Shown: positions 8,880-21,529 of the stretch, one piece after another
How positions within the stretch are numbered: the first letter of the stretch is position 1
Layout: each line of letters opens with the position of its first letter
Assembly: GCA_030390025.1 (NCBI GenBank)
Contig: CM059431.1
Coordinates: 159,218,001 to 159,282,000 of the forward strand
Source of the DNA: Squalus acanthias
Taxonomy: Eukaryota
Length of the DNA: 64,000 nucleotides
Reading direction: 5' to 3'
Notes under the pieces: model-generated
Seen by the model: the letters and a program-made list of their open reading frames with translations, nothing else
Databases searched by the model: none
What the model was told of the DNA's origin: nothing
Position numbers and translations under genes: made by a program

Positions 8880-11800
8880 ATTGTGTCTTGGCGTGTTCCT
8901 TGCAATCCTGAAATTTGAATTAATTGCTCCTTGGATAGGATGCCATTTATGTCCGATTACAGAAACAACAGTAACCCGAATCCCTGCAGAAATACGGCCA
9001 AGGTAAATAGCTTAACTGCAAGACGTTTTCCAGTGAATTATCAGTTGATTAGAGAGTCTCTTTCTGCAGATGGTTTTTGCCTGTCACTTATGCGGCACAA
9101 ATGTTACTTGCTAATTATCCACCAAATCTGGCATTTTGACCAGATCTAGTTGCATACGGGCATGGACTGTTTAGTTACCTGAGGAATTAGGAATGGAATT
9201 GAACACTGCAATCATCAGTGTACAGCCCAAATTCTGACCGTATAACAGAAAAAAATTAATTGATGATGCAGCTGACGATATTTGGGTCGAGGATTCTTCC
9301 ACGATGAACTCATGGTTATAATATGAGATGCTGTTCTCTTATTATTTAACGCATTAAAAACGACAAGTTCTGTTTCCTTTGAGACGATATTAGCTGTAAT
9401 CTAAGAGCACGTAAAAGGGTAGGCCGTGAGAAGGCTGTTATCATTCACCCCATGGCTATCAAGTCCTCGCACCACCACACCTACGCCGCGAACATAAAGT
9501 CGACAGAGAATACAACCTTTAAACCTAGCAAAGCCATGCCGTTCCAGACCGACTTGAACAATCTCCCACCAACCCGTCTCAAATTTAGGAGGACATTTAG
9601 ACAATTCCAACATATATGTAGCATACCTTACGAATTGTTTCAGTAAACACGTTTGCATCTAAGAGCGATTGACTAACAGCTTCCACGAATTCTTCAATTG
9701 ACGATTCTAGTCTCTGACGGTAGCAGCCGATAATTCTTCCAAGCTGGATATCCGTGTAGCTCGCCAACATTAGTAACATTTTAGTGTCTGAATTTTCTGT
9801 AAAAGTGTAAATGAGAACAGGTTACAAAACTATGTTTGCTTTGAAGCAATGAATAATTTGAACTAACTTTTAGAGCAGCAGCTTTTCTTTAGAGCCTTTC
9901 AAACAGTGAGACGGCCATTGGCGCCTCACACAGCAGGAATTTAGAGTTAAACTGCCTCTTTTTCGTAGAGTTAAGAAAAACGACCTAGATCTTGCAACAT
10001 GTGGAGGTTGTTTAAAGTAATAGGAAGTAAAGAGTGGAAGCCCAAGGCAACGGATTCCAGACAGTGGTGGTAACGACTTTGTTGGAGTCCGGAGCAGAGG
10101 AACCAATAATCTGGGGACCACAGCAAAGGGAGAGGATGGACCAGAAATAAAAGAGGGTTTCTGAAGAAGACTGTAAAAATTAAGACGCTCGAGACCGTAA
10201 AGGGAATTGTAGATGAGTAGGAGTCTTTCACAAATTGTCTGGGATAGCAAGTGAATGTAGGTCACCGACGACAGGGATTATGGATAAGTGGAAATGAGGG
10301 TGAACTGATGAATTGAAGCAGTCGAGCTCTGGAGATTCTATCTGGCAGTGCCCAAAAGTCGTTTAAGGAATCGAGTCTAAACCTCACAAAAGCGTATCTA
10401 AATCACGAGCAAATATTCATATGTTATCATATATCCAGAAAATTAAAATATGATGGTTGCGGACGGTGATCTGAGAATCCATTCGAAATTTATTGCTTGA
10501 AATCACCAGATGCTGCTGAGCAATTAGAAATTGTCGTGACTGTCGCTTGTTAGCCTAAAGAGCTAATAAATAATGCACAGATAGTTAAAGAAAGTAACAG
10601 TAAATGCAAGCTCATTCATTCTTTCTTGGGAAAACTAAACTGCGATACGGACCGGAGTAATTAAAATACTGTGAATCTAAATGTACTCAAACAAAATTTG
10701 ATAGATATCAATACAACAATTACAAGAACACACCATTGGGAAAAAGTTTTTGATATTAAATTGAAATAATAACTAAATCTCAAATACCACATCTGAAACA
10801 TGACAATAGCTGGTAGGAATCATAATTGATTGTACCGGATTCTAAAATGCCTATCGATGGAAGTAGAAAGTCCTGAGAGATACTAAATAAAGAACGGCCC
10901 AGTATTAGCGGTCAGCGCCAAGCAAAGGCATTTGCTGCGGCCACAAAGTATGCTTGACACAAAGATGTCGCAATCAGGTTTTCAAAAGTGTAATTCAAAT
11001 CAACGGAGCATCATTGGGAATCCCGAGTGCAAGCTGCTGTGAAGTCAACAGGCTGTCTAAGCATCCAACCAAAACGCAGAATTCTCACAGACAGCGAACA
11101 AGGAAGTGAATAAGCTGTTAAACTTCTAACATTTAAAAAAATGATTGAGCGAACGAAACACATATTGGGGCTCTAACATGAGGAAAATGCAAAACAGAAA
11201 TTAGGAGGAAAAATCTTTTAAAATAATTACATTTTAAGGATAATGTTAATTTTTATTGAAATGAATAAAGTTGTCTCTGCACAAAATTAAAATTAGATTT
11301 CCTGCATTACATTTGTTTAGAATTCAATACGCTGTTGCAATCCAGTTATACCCTTCCCTTTCAGTCAAACTTTTAGTGGGGAATTCAAGAGCGCCATTAT
11401 TGTGAAAGAGCCGAAGATAACATCAGTTTCCCTGATTTGAGAGATTTCCCTGATTACCGGCTCTGGGTGGGCACAGCGCAGCCTCTGAAATTTTATGGAG
11501 TCAAAGCAAGGGAAAATAGGACCGAGCGAACAACGGGCAGCAGATGCAATACCGGCCGTTTTTCGGCGAGGACAAAACACAGGCCGTATCGCATCCATCG
11601 CCTATTATATGTTGCGCGCGAATAAACTTGAATTATGCTGAATATCGGGCGTGTGTGTAACTGTCGGCAAATGTCAACCGGCCATTGTGTGACCCGATAA
11701 TTAGAATTTCATCCTCCTGGACATTAACTTAAAATAAGTTCCAAGACATAAATAATGAACTCTCTTAATCTGAAAGTAAATGAGATCTTTTGCAATTAGA

Positions 11801-13483
11801 TTTTGACATCGCCTACCTTCTAGATCATGTTTTGTCCCTGTACCTGTCTTCTGTATCTCTGACAATGTCGCTTTCAGTTTGGGTTTTGTATTCTGCAGTT
11901 GAAGAAATATGTTCCACATTGTTCTTTCTCCCCGAGCCCCCTTTTCCAGCGCGGTATCGAAAATGCGTTGGGACGCATCGTTTCTGCGCTGACTTTCAGC
12001 AAGTGTACTGATTTCCTAAAAAAATATTGCAATCATATTGAACAAAGTATTTTACAAAATCAGCTAAGAAACGTCGGTTTTCTTTCTCCCTCTCTTTATG
12101 GGAGGAATGAATAGAAAAGCTCACAATCAGGTGACCAAAATCTATGTCAAGGAGATAAGTTATAAGGAGCGTCTCTAAAGAGCAGAGAATGGCAGACGAC
12201 CGAGAGGATTACAGAGTTAATTCCAGAGTTTAGGACCGAGGCAGCACAACGCACGGCTGCCAATGGTGGCGTGAAGAGAATCGGGATTGCGCAATGGTTC
12301 AGAATTTGATGAGCACAGAGATCACGGAGGATTGTAGAGCTGGAGGATGTTGCAGAGATGGAGAGGACTAGCGTTGAGTCACCGAGGGAAGCTGAATTTT
12401 CTCAATTGATATGAAAAAATGTTAAGTGCCAAATAAAAGGGGAAAAGTCAGATTTCAGGAATATGGTTCGTGCAAAATGAAGCATTATTTGTTGTTAATA
12501 ACAGCAATGTTCTGGAAAGCTCACAACGTGCTTTTAGAAACTCAAACTGCACAGATTATAAAACAATGCGAGTGAAATTGGAATCGGCCAGTCGCATGAC
12601 AGGTGCTGATAGCGAATGGTCGGCTCGTGTTACATGCGTCTGTATTTCTTTCCCATTGATTGCAATTCGACTTCCGTTCATTTCAAGTATCATTCATCTA
12701 AACAGTAGCACAAGCATATCAGTCAATCCTTCATCTTCGATATTAACCATTTTCTTTTGAATACCTGAATAGTCCTGTCTTATGAGTAACTATTTTATTT
12801 GAAGTGTTTATGAAATGTGATCATTGTCCCGAATTCTCTCACCTGCCAATCACTAAATTCTTAAACTGTCAACGTTTTACCTTCTGCTCGTTAACCTCTA
12901 TGTTTCTTTGATTTGATTCATATAATCAACCCCCTACATTCAATTTGTAAATCTACTTTTCATTTCCTTTTCTATGCACATCCAAGTAATTCTTGTATGT
13001 GCTCCACCAGTTTTATTATCGTGTAATTCCTATATATCGTATCGCAATCATTTCCTTCTGGTACCTTCGTATTGCTTCCCGACGGAATTATCTGATCCAT
13101 TCCGTCCCAATATATCTGGGCTAGTGTGTTCTTGATTTGTTGAAATTGGTTATCCTGTCCATATATATTGCTTTGATTTACTGTTCTTCTGAATTCTAAT
13201 GATATCATTGCTTCTTAGATATCAGTTATCCGTTTGCAGAAATTGATTCTAATACTCATTCCTTCCCTGTTGTTCTGGAAACGTACCCATCTATCTCAGG
13301 TCTTGGATACGTGGCAGACAGCACACTCCCTCTTCCACCAATACATCACTTCTATACTTTAGATATTTAAAGTCACCCATATCTCTGATACCCTCGCTAA
13401 AATGATTCCATTTTTTCAATATATCGCTTCCTCAATTCGTGACCCACCACTTGTGCATGTTAATTGAACTCCTCATAGTTAAT

Positions 13484-14301
13484 GGCCAGTTTTTTCGATC
13501 GCAGTAATCCCGGGAAGAAGGTCTGCAATCTGGAAAAATCTACGCCCTTACTTTAGGGATCCCGGGACGCACACGATTCCGATCCTGGGCCTCTCCAATC
13601 TCCACTTGCGCAGGGCCCTATTATCCCAGAGGCACAGGCAGATTACAGGGTGCCTGGGATCATGTGGGCCATGGGGAGTCAAGCAAAGTAGGAAAACTGC
13701 ATTCATACACTTGACAGGAAGACCTGTCAAATATATGAATGGGGATCACCCCAAAAACATAGTGGCCCAGAAATTCCTTTCGCAGGCCGCCCGCGGGCGG
13801 AGGACTGCGATCTGGAAAAATCTGTGCCTGGACCGGAGCGCTCCCGCGAGGCGCAGAGTTCCGTTGTTTGGTCTCTCCAAACTTCCGGTGCGCAGGGCCC
13901 AAATATCCAAGAGGCGCAGGCGGTTCGCAGCGTCCCTGGCATCACGTAGGGAGCCAATGAGAGAAAGGAATCTTCCTTCATACATTTGACAGGAAGACAT
14001 GTCAAATGTATGAATGGAATTCAGCCCCAAAACATAGTAAAAGCAAGCCTTAGCCCTGCTTTTAGCAGGCATACGATTTCTAAGGGTTTTCTGCAGGCGG
14101 GGGTTCTCCAGAAAGCGGAACTATACGTCCGCAGAGGACCTTCTCCAGGCTCGGCGTCCAATCTGTCAAGAGCATTCTTGACAGATCGGAAATTACGGAT
14201 TTCAGGGCATGCGCTTGTCATGCCTGAAACCGGCATTTCTGATGTCCCTACGGTTGTGTACACAGCGCGTACACATCCGTAACTATCGGAATAGCCGGCC
14301 C
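13484..14301. mobile_element. MITE with two left arms (copy 2)
   Basis: Paralogue of 5851-6668, flanked by AAT and ATT. Confidence 0.75.
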
Positions 14302-14488
14302 ATTAACGCCAAGCTCCCAGCCGTGCGCTTACATTAACCACGTAGGTGTTAATGTCTTCATATCATAACTTCCTGCAGCATCATCAGACAATCGCTACCT
14401 TCAACTAATCAGCTTTATTCACCATGCTTTATTAATATATGTGTTACATAACTTCAGGAAATATTCGAAAAGAGATCAGATAGACATC

Positions 14489-14911
14489 ATGGATAAAACT
14501 CGGAATTTTATTTTAAATAGGACATGATGGCTGTCATGACAGGAGATGCCGGTAATGTTGATGTCCCTGAGCATTGTGCAGAAGAATGAACGTGAAGGCT
14601 TAAAGTTGCATAACCCATGGACCGGATGAATTTTGCGAGTGCTTGGTGAGACGTAGAAAAATGCAGATTTTTTGAGGTTGTATATTATAAGTAATAACTG
14701 TGGCAAGGAAGTTGGTAAATAGGCAGGTAGAATCCGCCATGCAGTGAAGTTGGAAGGAGAAAAGAAATGGAAGCAACGACTTGGATATGTTCAGTAGAAA
14801 TTTGTAGAAATTGGTGCCACCGGCAGTGACTCACACGAATCGTCTCCTTTAATTAAAATGCACTTCTCCTTTGCAAAAGAACGGACAGAATTTCTCGGCC
14901 GTGAGCGACAG
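14489..14911 (+). pseudogene. Decayed coding-like segment; copy 1 is 6844-6918 plus 7660-8010, split by the CR1
   Basis: GACATC-ATG-G start; ~140 codons in one frame with scattered stops (MDKTRNFILNRT*...KLEGEKKWKQRLGYVQ*...). Confidence 0.35.
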
Positions 14912-16415
14912 CACAATAGACGTATCGGCACTCTACACCAATATCCCCCACAATGACGGCATCGCTGCGACAGCCTCAGTACTCAACACCAACAACAGCC
15001 AATCTCCGGACGCCATCCTTACACTCATCCGCTTCATCCTTGACCACAATTTCTTCACCTACGACAACCATTTTTTTACCCAAACACACGGAACAGCCAT
15101 GGGGACCAAATTCGCACCCCAATATGCCAACATCTTCATGCACAAGTTCGAGCAAGACTTCTTCGCTGCACAGGACCTCCAACCAACGCTGTACACCAGA
15201 TACATCGACGACATCTTCTTCCTTTGGACCCACGGCGAAGGATCACTGAAAGGACTACACGATAGCATCAACAGGTTCCATCCCACCATCAAACTCACCA
15301 TGGACTACTCCTCAGAATCGGTTTCATTCTTGGACACACGAATCTCCATCAAAGACGGATGCCTCAGCACTTCACTCTACCGCAAGCCACCGGACAACCT
15401 CATGATGCTCCACTTCTCCAGCTTCCACCCTAACCACGTTAAAGAAGCCATCCCCTATGGACAAGCCCTGCGAATACACTGGATCTGCTCAGACGAGGAG
15501 GAACACGATGGACACCTACGGACACTGAAAGACGCCCTCGTAGGAACGGGATATGATGCTCGACTCGTCGATCGACAGTTCCGACGGGCCAGACCGAAAA
15601 ACCGCATAGACCTCCTCAGAAGACGAACACGGGACACAACCAACAGAGTACCCTACGTCGTCCAGTACTTCCCCGGAGCGGAAAAACTACGCCATGTTCT
15701 TCGCAGCCTTCAACATGTCATCGATGACGACGAACACCTTGCTGAGGCCATCCCCACGCCTCCACTACTCGCCTTCAAGCAGCTGCCTAACCTCAAAAGT
15801 ACCATCGTTCGCAGCAGATTACCCATCTTTCAGGCGAACAGCAACCAAGACACCACACAACCCTACCACGGCAACCTCTGCAAGACATGCCAAATCATGG
15901 ACACAGATACCATCATCACACGTGAGGACACTACCCACCAGGTACACGGTACATACTCATGTGACTCGGCCAACGTTGTCTACCTGATACGTTGCAGTAA
16001 AGGATGCTCCAGAGCATGGTACATCGGCGAGACCATGCAGACACTGAGACAACATATGAACGGACACCGCGCAACAATCGCCAGGCAGGAGGGTTGCCTC
16101 CCAGTCGGGGAACACTTCAGCAGCCAGGGGCATTCAGCCTCGGATATGCGGGTAAGCGTTCTCCAAGGCGGCCTTTGAGATACACGACAGCGCAAAATCA
16201 TAGAGCAGAAACTGATAGCCAAGTTCTGCACTCATGAGGATGGCCTCAATCGCGATATCGGGTTCATGTCACGATACAGAACGTGACTTGACATCATGGC
16301 CGGTCTTGCCAGGTGTTTTTTTTTTTTAAAAAGGCTAACACAAGAACCTACACAGATTGACAGGATATGCAGCCAGCAGGTGGTTTGACACGTTGGAACC
16401 CCTGGGACACATCTC
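14912..16415 (+). mobile_element. 5'-truncated Penelope-like retroelement (RT plus GIY-YIG endonuclease), copy-2 specific
   Basis: DVSALYTNIP, GTAMGTKFAP and RYIDDIF RT motifs; CKTC linker; VVYLIRC..YIGET; one internal TGA at 16176-16178, frame continues to 16286; empty site at ~8007. Confidence 0.95.
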
Positions 16416-16573
16416 CTTATTTTAAATATGTCAGTTAATTTATTTTCCTGAGATTAGCTATATGTGGCTATTAGATGTTCTATCTAGCTCCAGGATATCC
16501 ATTGGGTATTTGCTGAGTACGCGTGATGCTTGTGCTGCTAGAGGTATCTTATTCAAATATGCATTACAATATT

Positions 16574-17325
16574 TAGCCCGTAATTTCCGTTAGGAGGCTT
16601 CCTGCGTCCGCATGCCTCCTATCGGGAAGAAATCTACGCCCTTACCTGAGGGCTCCCGAGGAGGAGCCATTTCCGATCCTGCGCCTGTCCACAGTAGAAA
16701 TGCGCAGGGCCCACCTGATCCCAGGGACGCTTGCGAAGCTCGTGAGCCCCTGAGATAGGTGGACAGGCTAGAGAATAGAAGGGAATCTCCCTTCATACCT
16801 TTGACAGATAGACCTGTCAAAGGTATGAATGGCGATCACCCCAAAAACAAATCAAAATAATAAATACATTTTTAAAAAGCATCGCGTTTTTAAAATGAGT
16901 AACATTAATATTAATTTAAATTTTTTAAATAAAAATTTAATGTTTTAAAAAAAATAATTAAAGATTTTTACGGAGCTAAAATTAAACTTACCTTATTTAG
17001 AAGGACTTTAAAATTATAAGTGAGTGAAAAAATATATATTTTTTACTTTTTTAAACTGCTGTGCTGGGAAAAGCCGGCCTTCCGCGTGCTTTTACCAGGA
17101 GTACGATTTTTAAGTGTTTTCAAGAGCGGATGTCCTGCAGCGGAAATCACCACCCGCAGAGGCCCTTCTCTGGGGCAAGCGTCCGATCTGCCAAAATGAT
17201 TCTTGACAGATCGGAAATGCCGATTGTCAGCGCATGCGCTTCGCATGCCTGAAACCGTATTACCGATGTCCCTACGGTTATGTACACCGAGCGTACTCAC
17301 ACGTTGGCATCGGAAAATACGAGCC
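16574..17325. mobile_element. MITE family A, complete copy
   Basis: ATT-TAGCCCGTAATTTCCG ... CGGAAAATACGAGCC-ATT. Confidence 0.8.
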
Positions 17326-19069
17326 ATTGTGTCTTGGCGTGTTCCTTGCAATCCTGAAATTTGGATTAATTGTTCCTTGGATAGGATGCCATTTATGTCC
17401 GATTACAGAAACAACAGTAACCCGAATCCCTGCAGAAATACGGCCAAGGTAAATAGCTTAACTGCAAGACGTTTTCCAGTGAATTATCAGTTGATTAGAG
17501 AGTCTCTTTCTGCAGATGGTTTCTGCCTGTCACTTATGCGGCAGAAATGTTACTTGCTAATTATCCACCAAAACTGGCATGTTGACCAGATCTTGTTGCA
17601 AAGGGCATGGACTGTTTAGTTACCTGAGGAATTGGGAATGGAATTGAACACTGCAATCATCAGCGTACAGCCCAAATTCTGACCGTATGTCAGAAAAAAA
17701 ATAATTGATGAAGCAGCTGACGATATTTGTGTCGAGGAGTCTTCCACGATGAACTCTTAGTTATACCATGAGATGCTGTTCTCTTATTATTTAATGCATT
17801 AAAAACGACAACTTGTGTGACCTTTGAGACGACATTAGCTGTAACCTAAGAGCACGTAAAAGGGTGGGTCGTGAGAAGGCTGCTAACATCCATCCCATGG
17901 CTATCAAGTCCTCGCGCCATCACACCTCTGCGGGGAATATACAGTCGCCAGAGAATACAACCCTTACAACAGCAAAGACATGCCGTTCCAGACCGACTTG
18001 AATAATCTACCACCAACCCGACGAAATTTTAGGAGGAAATTTACACAATTCCAACATATATGTAGCATACCTCATGAATTGTTTCAGTAAACACGTTTGC
18101 ATCTGAGAGCGACTCACTAACAGCTTCAACGAATTCTTCAATTGCTGGTTCTAGTCTCTGACGGTAGCAGCCGATAATTCTTCCAAGCTGGATATCCGTG
18201 TAGCTCGCCAACATTAGTAACATTTTAGTATCTGAATTTTCTGTAAAAGTGTAAATGAGAACAGGTTAAAATACAATATTTGCTTTGAAGCAATGAATAA
18301 TTTGAACTAACTTTTAGAGCAGCAGCTTTTCTTTAGAGCCTTTCAAACAGTGAGACGGCCAATGGCGCCTCACAGAGCAGGAATTTAGAGTTAAACTGCC
18401 TCTTTTTCGTAGAGTTAAGAGAAACGACCTAGATGTTGCAACATGTATAGGTTGTTTAAATTAAGTAGGAAGTAAAGAGTGCAGGCCCATAGCAACGGAT
18501 TCAAGCCAGTGGTGCTAACGACTTTGTTGGAGTCCGGAGCAGAGGAACCAAAAGTCTGGGGTCCACAGCAAAGGGAGAGGATGGACCAGAAATACAAGAG
18601 GGTTTCTGAAGAAGACTGTAGAGCTAAGAAGCTCGAGACCGCAAAAGGAATTGTAGATGAGTCGGAGTCTTTCACAAATTGTCAGGGATAACAAGTGAAT
18701 GTCGATCACTGACGAAGGGGATTACGGATAAGTGGAAAGCTGTTTGAACTTATGAATTGAAGCAGTCGAGCTCTGGAGTTTCTAACTGGCAGTGCAGAAA
18801 TGTCGTTTAAGGAATCGAGTCTTAACCTCACAAAAGCGTGGTTAAATCACGAGAAAATATTCATATGTTATCATATATCCAGAAAATTAACATTAAATAT
18901 GATGGTTGCGGTTGGTGATCTGAGAATCCAGGTCGAGATTTATTGCTTGGAATCACCAGATGCTGCTGAGCAACTAGAAATAGTTGTAACTCTCGATCGA
19001 TTGCCTAAAGAGCTAATAAATAATGCACTGATATTTAAAGAAAGCAACAGTAAATGCAAACTCATTCCT

Positions 19070-21525
19070 TCCTTCTCTCCTATCATTATGCCTCCTTTCA
19101 TCTCTCCTATCTCGGATACAATGCACTCCCAATTTCCTGCACCAACAATTCATTGCTCTTCGACCTTCCTACTCTCCTGCTGCCGTCCATCTTAGATAAG
19201 TCTACAGCTTCCCTCTGTGCCTCTCTTGACATCCTCCGAAAGGCCCACCGTGGCACTCGTTGCTGCCTCCTCACGAGCAGCAACCCCAACTGTATTATGC
19301 AACTCTTCCCCCGAACATCCCGCCCAGGCCGCCCGCTGGGGGCTAATCTTCTCAATCTCCTTCCCGTCCTACTCCCTCCTCCCAGCGCTGAGACTGTGGA
19401 CACTTGCGGTTGGTTAGACATCACCGAACCTCTCCCCATTTTCCTCCGTCAGGGCCATTCTCTTGCGAACCAGGTCCTTCCCAACCATGAGCGTATCGTG
19501 ATTGAGTGCATCGACATCATGGCCCTGGTGGAAAATTGGATGAGGCGTGTAGAAGCCTTACCCTTAAGTGAAGCCTCCCCGCCTGGCTATACCTTTCATC
19601 ACTTGCCCTACCCAGACTGCGATGGCGACAGTGTGGTTCTCATCACCAAATCACGCCTTGGTCTGTCACCCTACTCCTCCAACACCTTCTCCTCCTTTTG
19701 AGCATCTCACCTTATTCCACAACACTCACCTCTCATTTAAAGTTCTCGTTCTCTCCCGCCCACCCAAGTACCATTATAATTTATCACCGAGATAGAGTCA
19801 CTGCTTTCTTTCCTCAGCAATTGCACCGAGCGACTTCTCATCCTCGGTGATTTCAACCTCCCTCGCAATTCATCATGCTCTCTCTGCTCTGATTTCACTG
19901 CCCTCCTATCTGCCCTTAATCTCTAACTCCAAGTAAACTCCCCAACCCATAATCATGTACACAGCCTCCACCTTGCCATCTCCCGTGGCCTCGCTATTCC
20001 CATCGTGTCAATCGCTAGTAAAGCCATCTCTGACCATTTCCTTCCATCGCTCTACATCTACATCCCCTTCACCCCAAAGACTAACTCATTCTGATGCTGC
20101 CCCAGGAAAAAAACTCTCTCCCAACTCTCTTACAAATGCACTTACGAAATCCCAACTATCCAGCCCTTGGACTCCATGCACCACAACATTTTTGCACCTA
20201 CCAATCTGCTCTACCATACACTCACCACCACCTTCGATGCCATAGTCCTTATTAAAACAATTACACTGTCTCACCCTGGCTTTTTCAACTGGTCCGGCTC
20301 TCATCTTCAATCGCTTGAGTCCAAGCGATGCAGACTTGAAAGGATATGGTGGAAAACTGTTTAATTCATTCGCTGCCAGATCTGGCTGCAACAGATAAAG
20401 CATTATCGGTCCACCTCACTTCTGCCAAAATTGCTCACTATTCTAGAATAATTCTGGAATGCAAAGCTAAACCCTGGCTTCTATTCTCCATTGCTAACCA
20501 TCTTCTTAAGCCACTTCCCACGTCTCCTCCACCCTCAACTCCAACAACAAGTGCGAGAAGCTCAGGAACTTCTTTACTCTAAGATTGAGAGCATGTAATC
20601 AGTGGCCTCAGCCACTTCTGTTCCTTTCCCTAGCCCACCAGGCCAAACCTTCCCTTTTGGCGCCCCCTGCCATAGCCCTGAAATCGCAACTTTCTCCAGC
20701 TTCTCTCCGATCTCCCCTCCTGACCTCTTCGCGCTCATCTTGTCCATGAGTCTCACTTCCTGCTCCATCGACCCTATTCCCACCAAACTGCTGATCACCC
20801 AACTTCCTTTTCTGGCTCCTTTTGTAAGCTGACATTGTTAACAGTTCTCTCTCCTCGGGTACTGTCCCCCTCTCCTTCCAATCTGCCGTCGTCATCCCCC
20901 CACCCCCACCTCAAAACAAACAACCATCGACTCCTCCGTCCTTGCAAATGTACGCTGACGATACCCAGCTCTACCTCACCACCTCTTCTCTCGAAACCTC
21001 CACTGACTCTAAATTGTCAGACTGCTTGACCGACATCCAATTTTCTCCGGTTAAATATTGGGAAGACATTGTTTTCCATCCCTGCCAACTCCATCCCTCT
21101 CCCTAACATCTGTGAGGCCATACTACACTGTTCGCAACCTTGGTGTCATATTTGATCCTGAAATGAGCTTCCGACCACATATCCACTGCATAACAATGAC
21201 CGCCTATTTCCACCTCCGTAACATTACCCGTCTTCACCCCTCCCTCAGCTCATCTGCTGCTGAAACCTTCATCCATGACTTGGTACCTCTAGACTTGAAT
21301 AATTCCAACGCACTCCTGGCAGGCCTCTCACGTTCTATCCTACGTAAGCTTGACATCATAATCCAAATCTCGGGTGCTTTTGTTCAAAGTCGCACCAAGT
21401 ACTGTTCACCCATCACGCATGTCCTCGCTGACCTACAGTGGCTCCCTTTAAAAAATACGCCTCGATTTCAAAATTCTCAACCTTGTTTTCAATTCCCTAG
21501 ATAGCTTTGCCCCTCCCTACCTCCA
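19070..21525 (+). mobile_element. Degenerate L2 LINE (AP endonuclease, partial RT) truncating unit copy 3
   Basis: IDIMALVENW, LLILGDFN, SCSIDPIPTKLL and VRNLGVIFDPEMSF motifs; internal RT deletion near 20945. Confidence 0.9.
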
Positions 21526-21529
21526 ATCA

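Larger units (their letters stand above)
1..19067. repeat. Tandem array of ~8.4 kb units (copy 1: 1-8409; copy 2: 8410-16819; partial copy 3: 16820-19067)
   Basis: AAGGTATGAATGG(A/C)GATCACCCCAAAAACAAATC recurs at 1, 8410 and 16820; the ORF track repeats collinearly (1962/9597/18041, 4071/11701, 6353/13986). Confidence 0.97.

Noticed and set aside
1..19067. The unit as a single proviral or Polinton-like genome
   Set aside because: No LTRs, unit-level TIRs, integrase, polymerase or capsid motifs are visible; fragments are short, mixed in orientation and separated by LINE pieces.
18800..19701. ORFs 18800-19195 and 19054-19701 as intact genes
   Set aside because: The first reads through the junction into the L2 at ~19068; the second is decayed L2 sequence.
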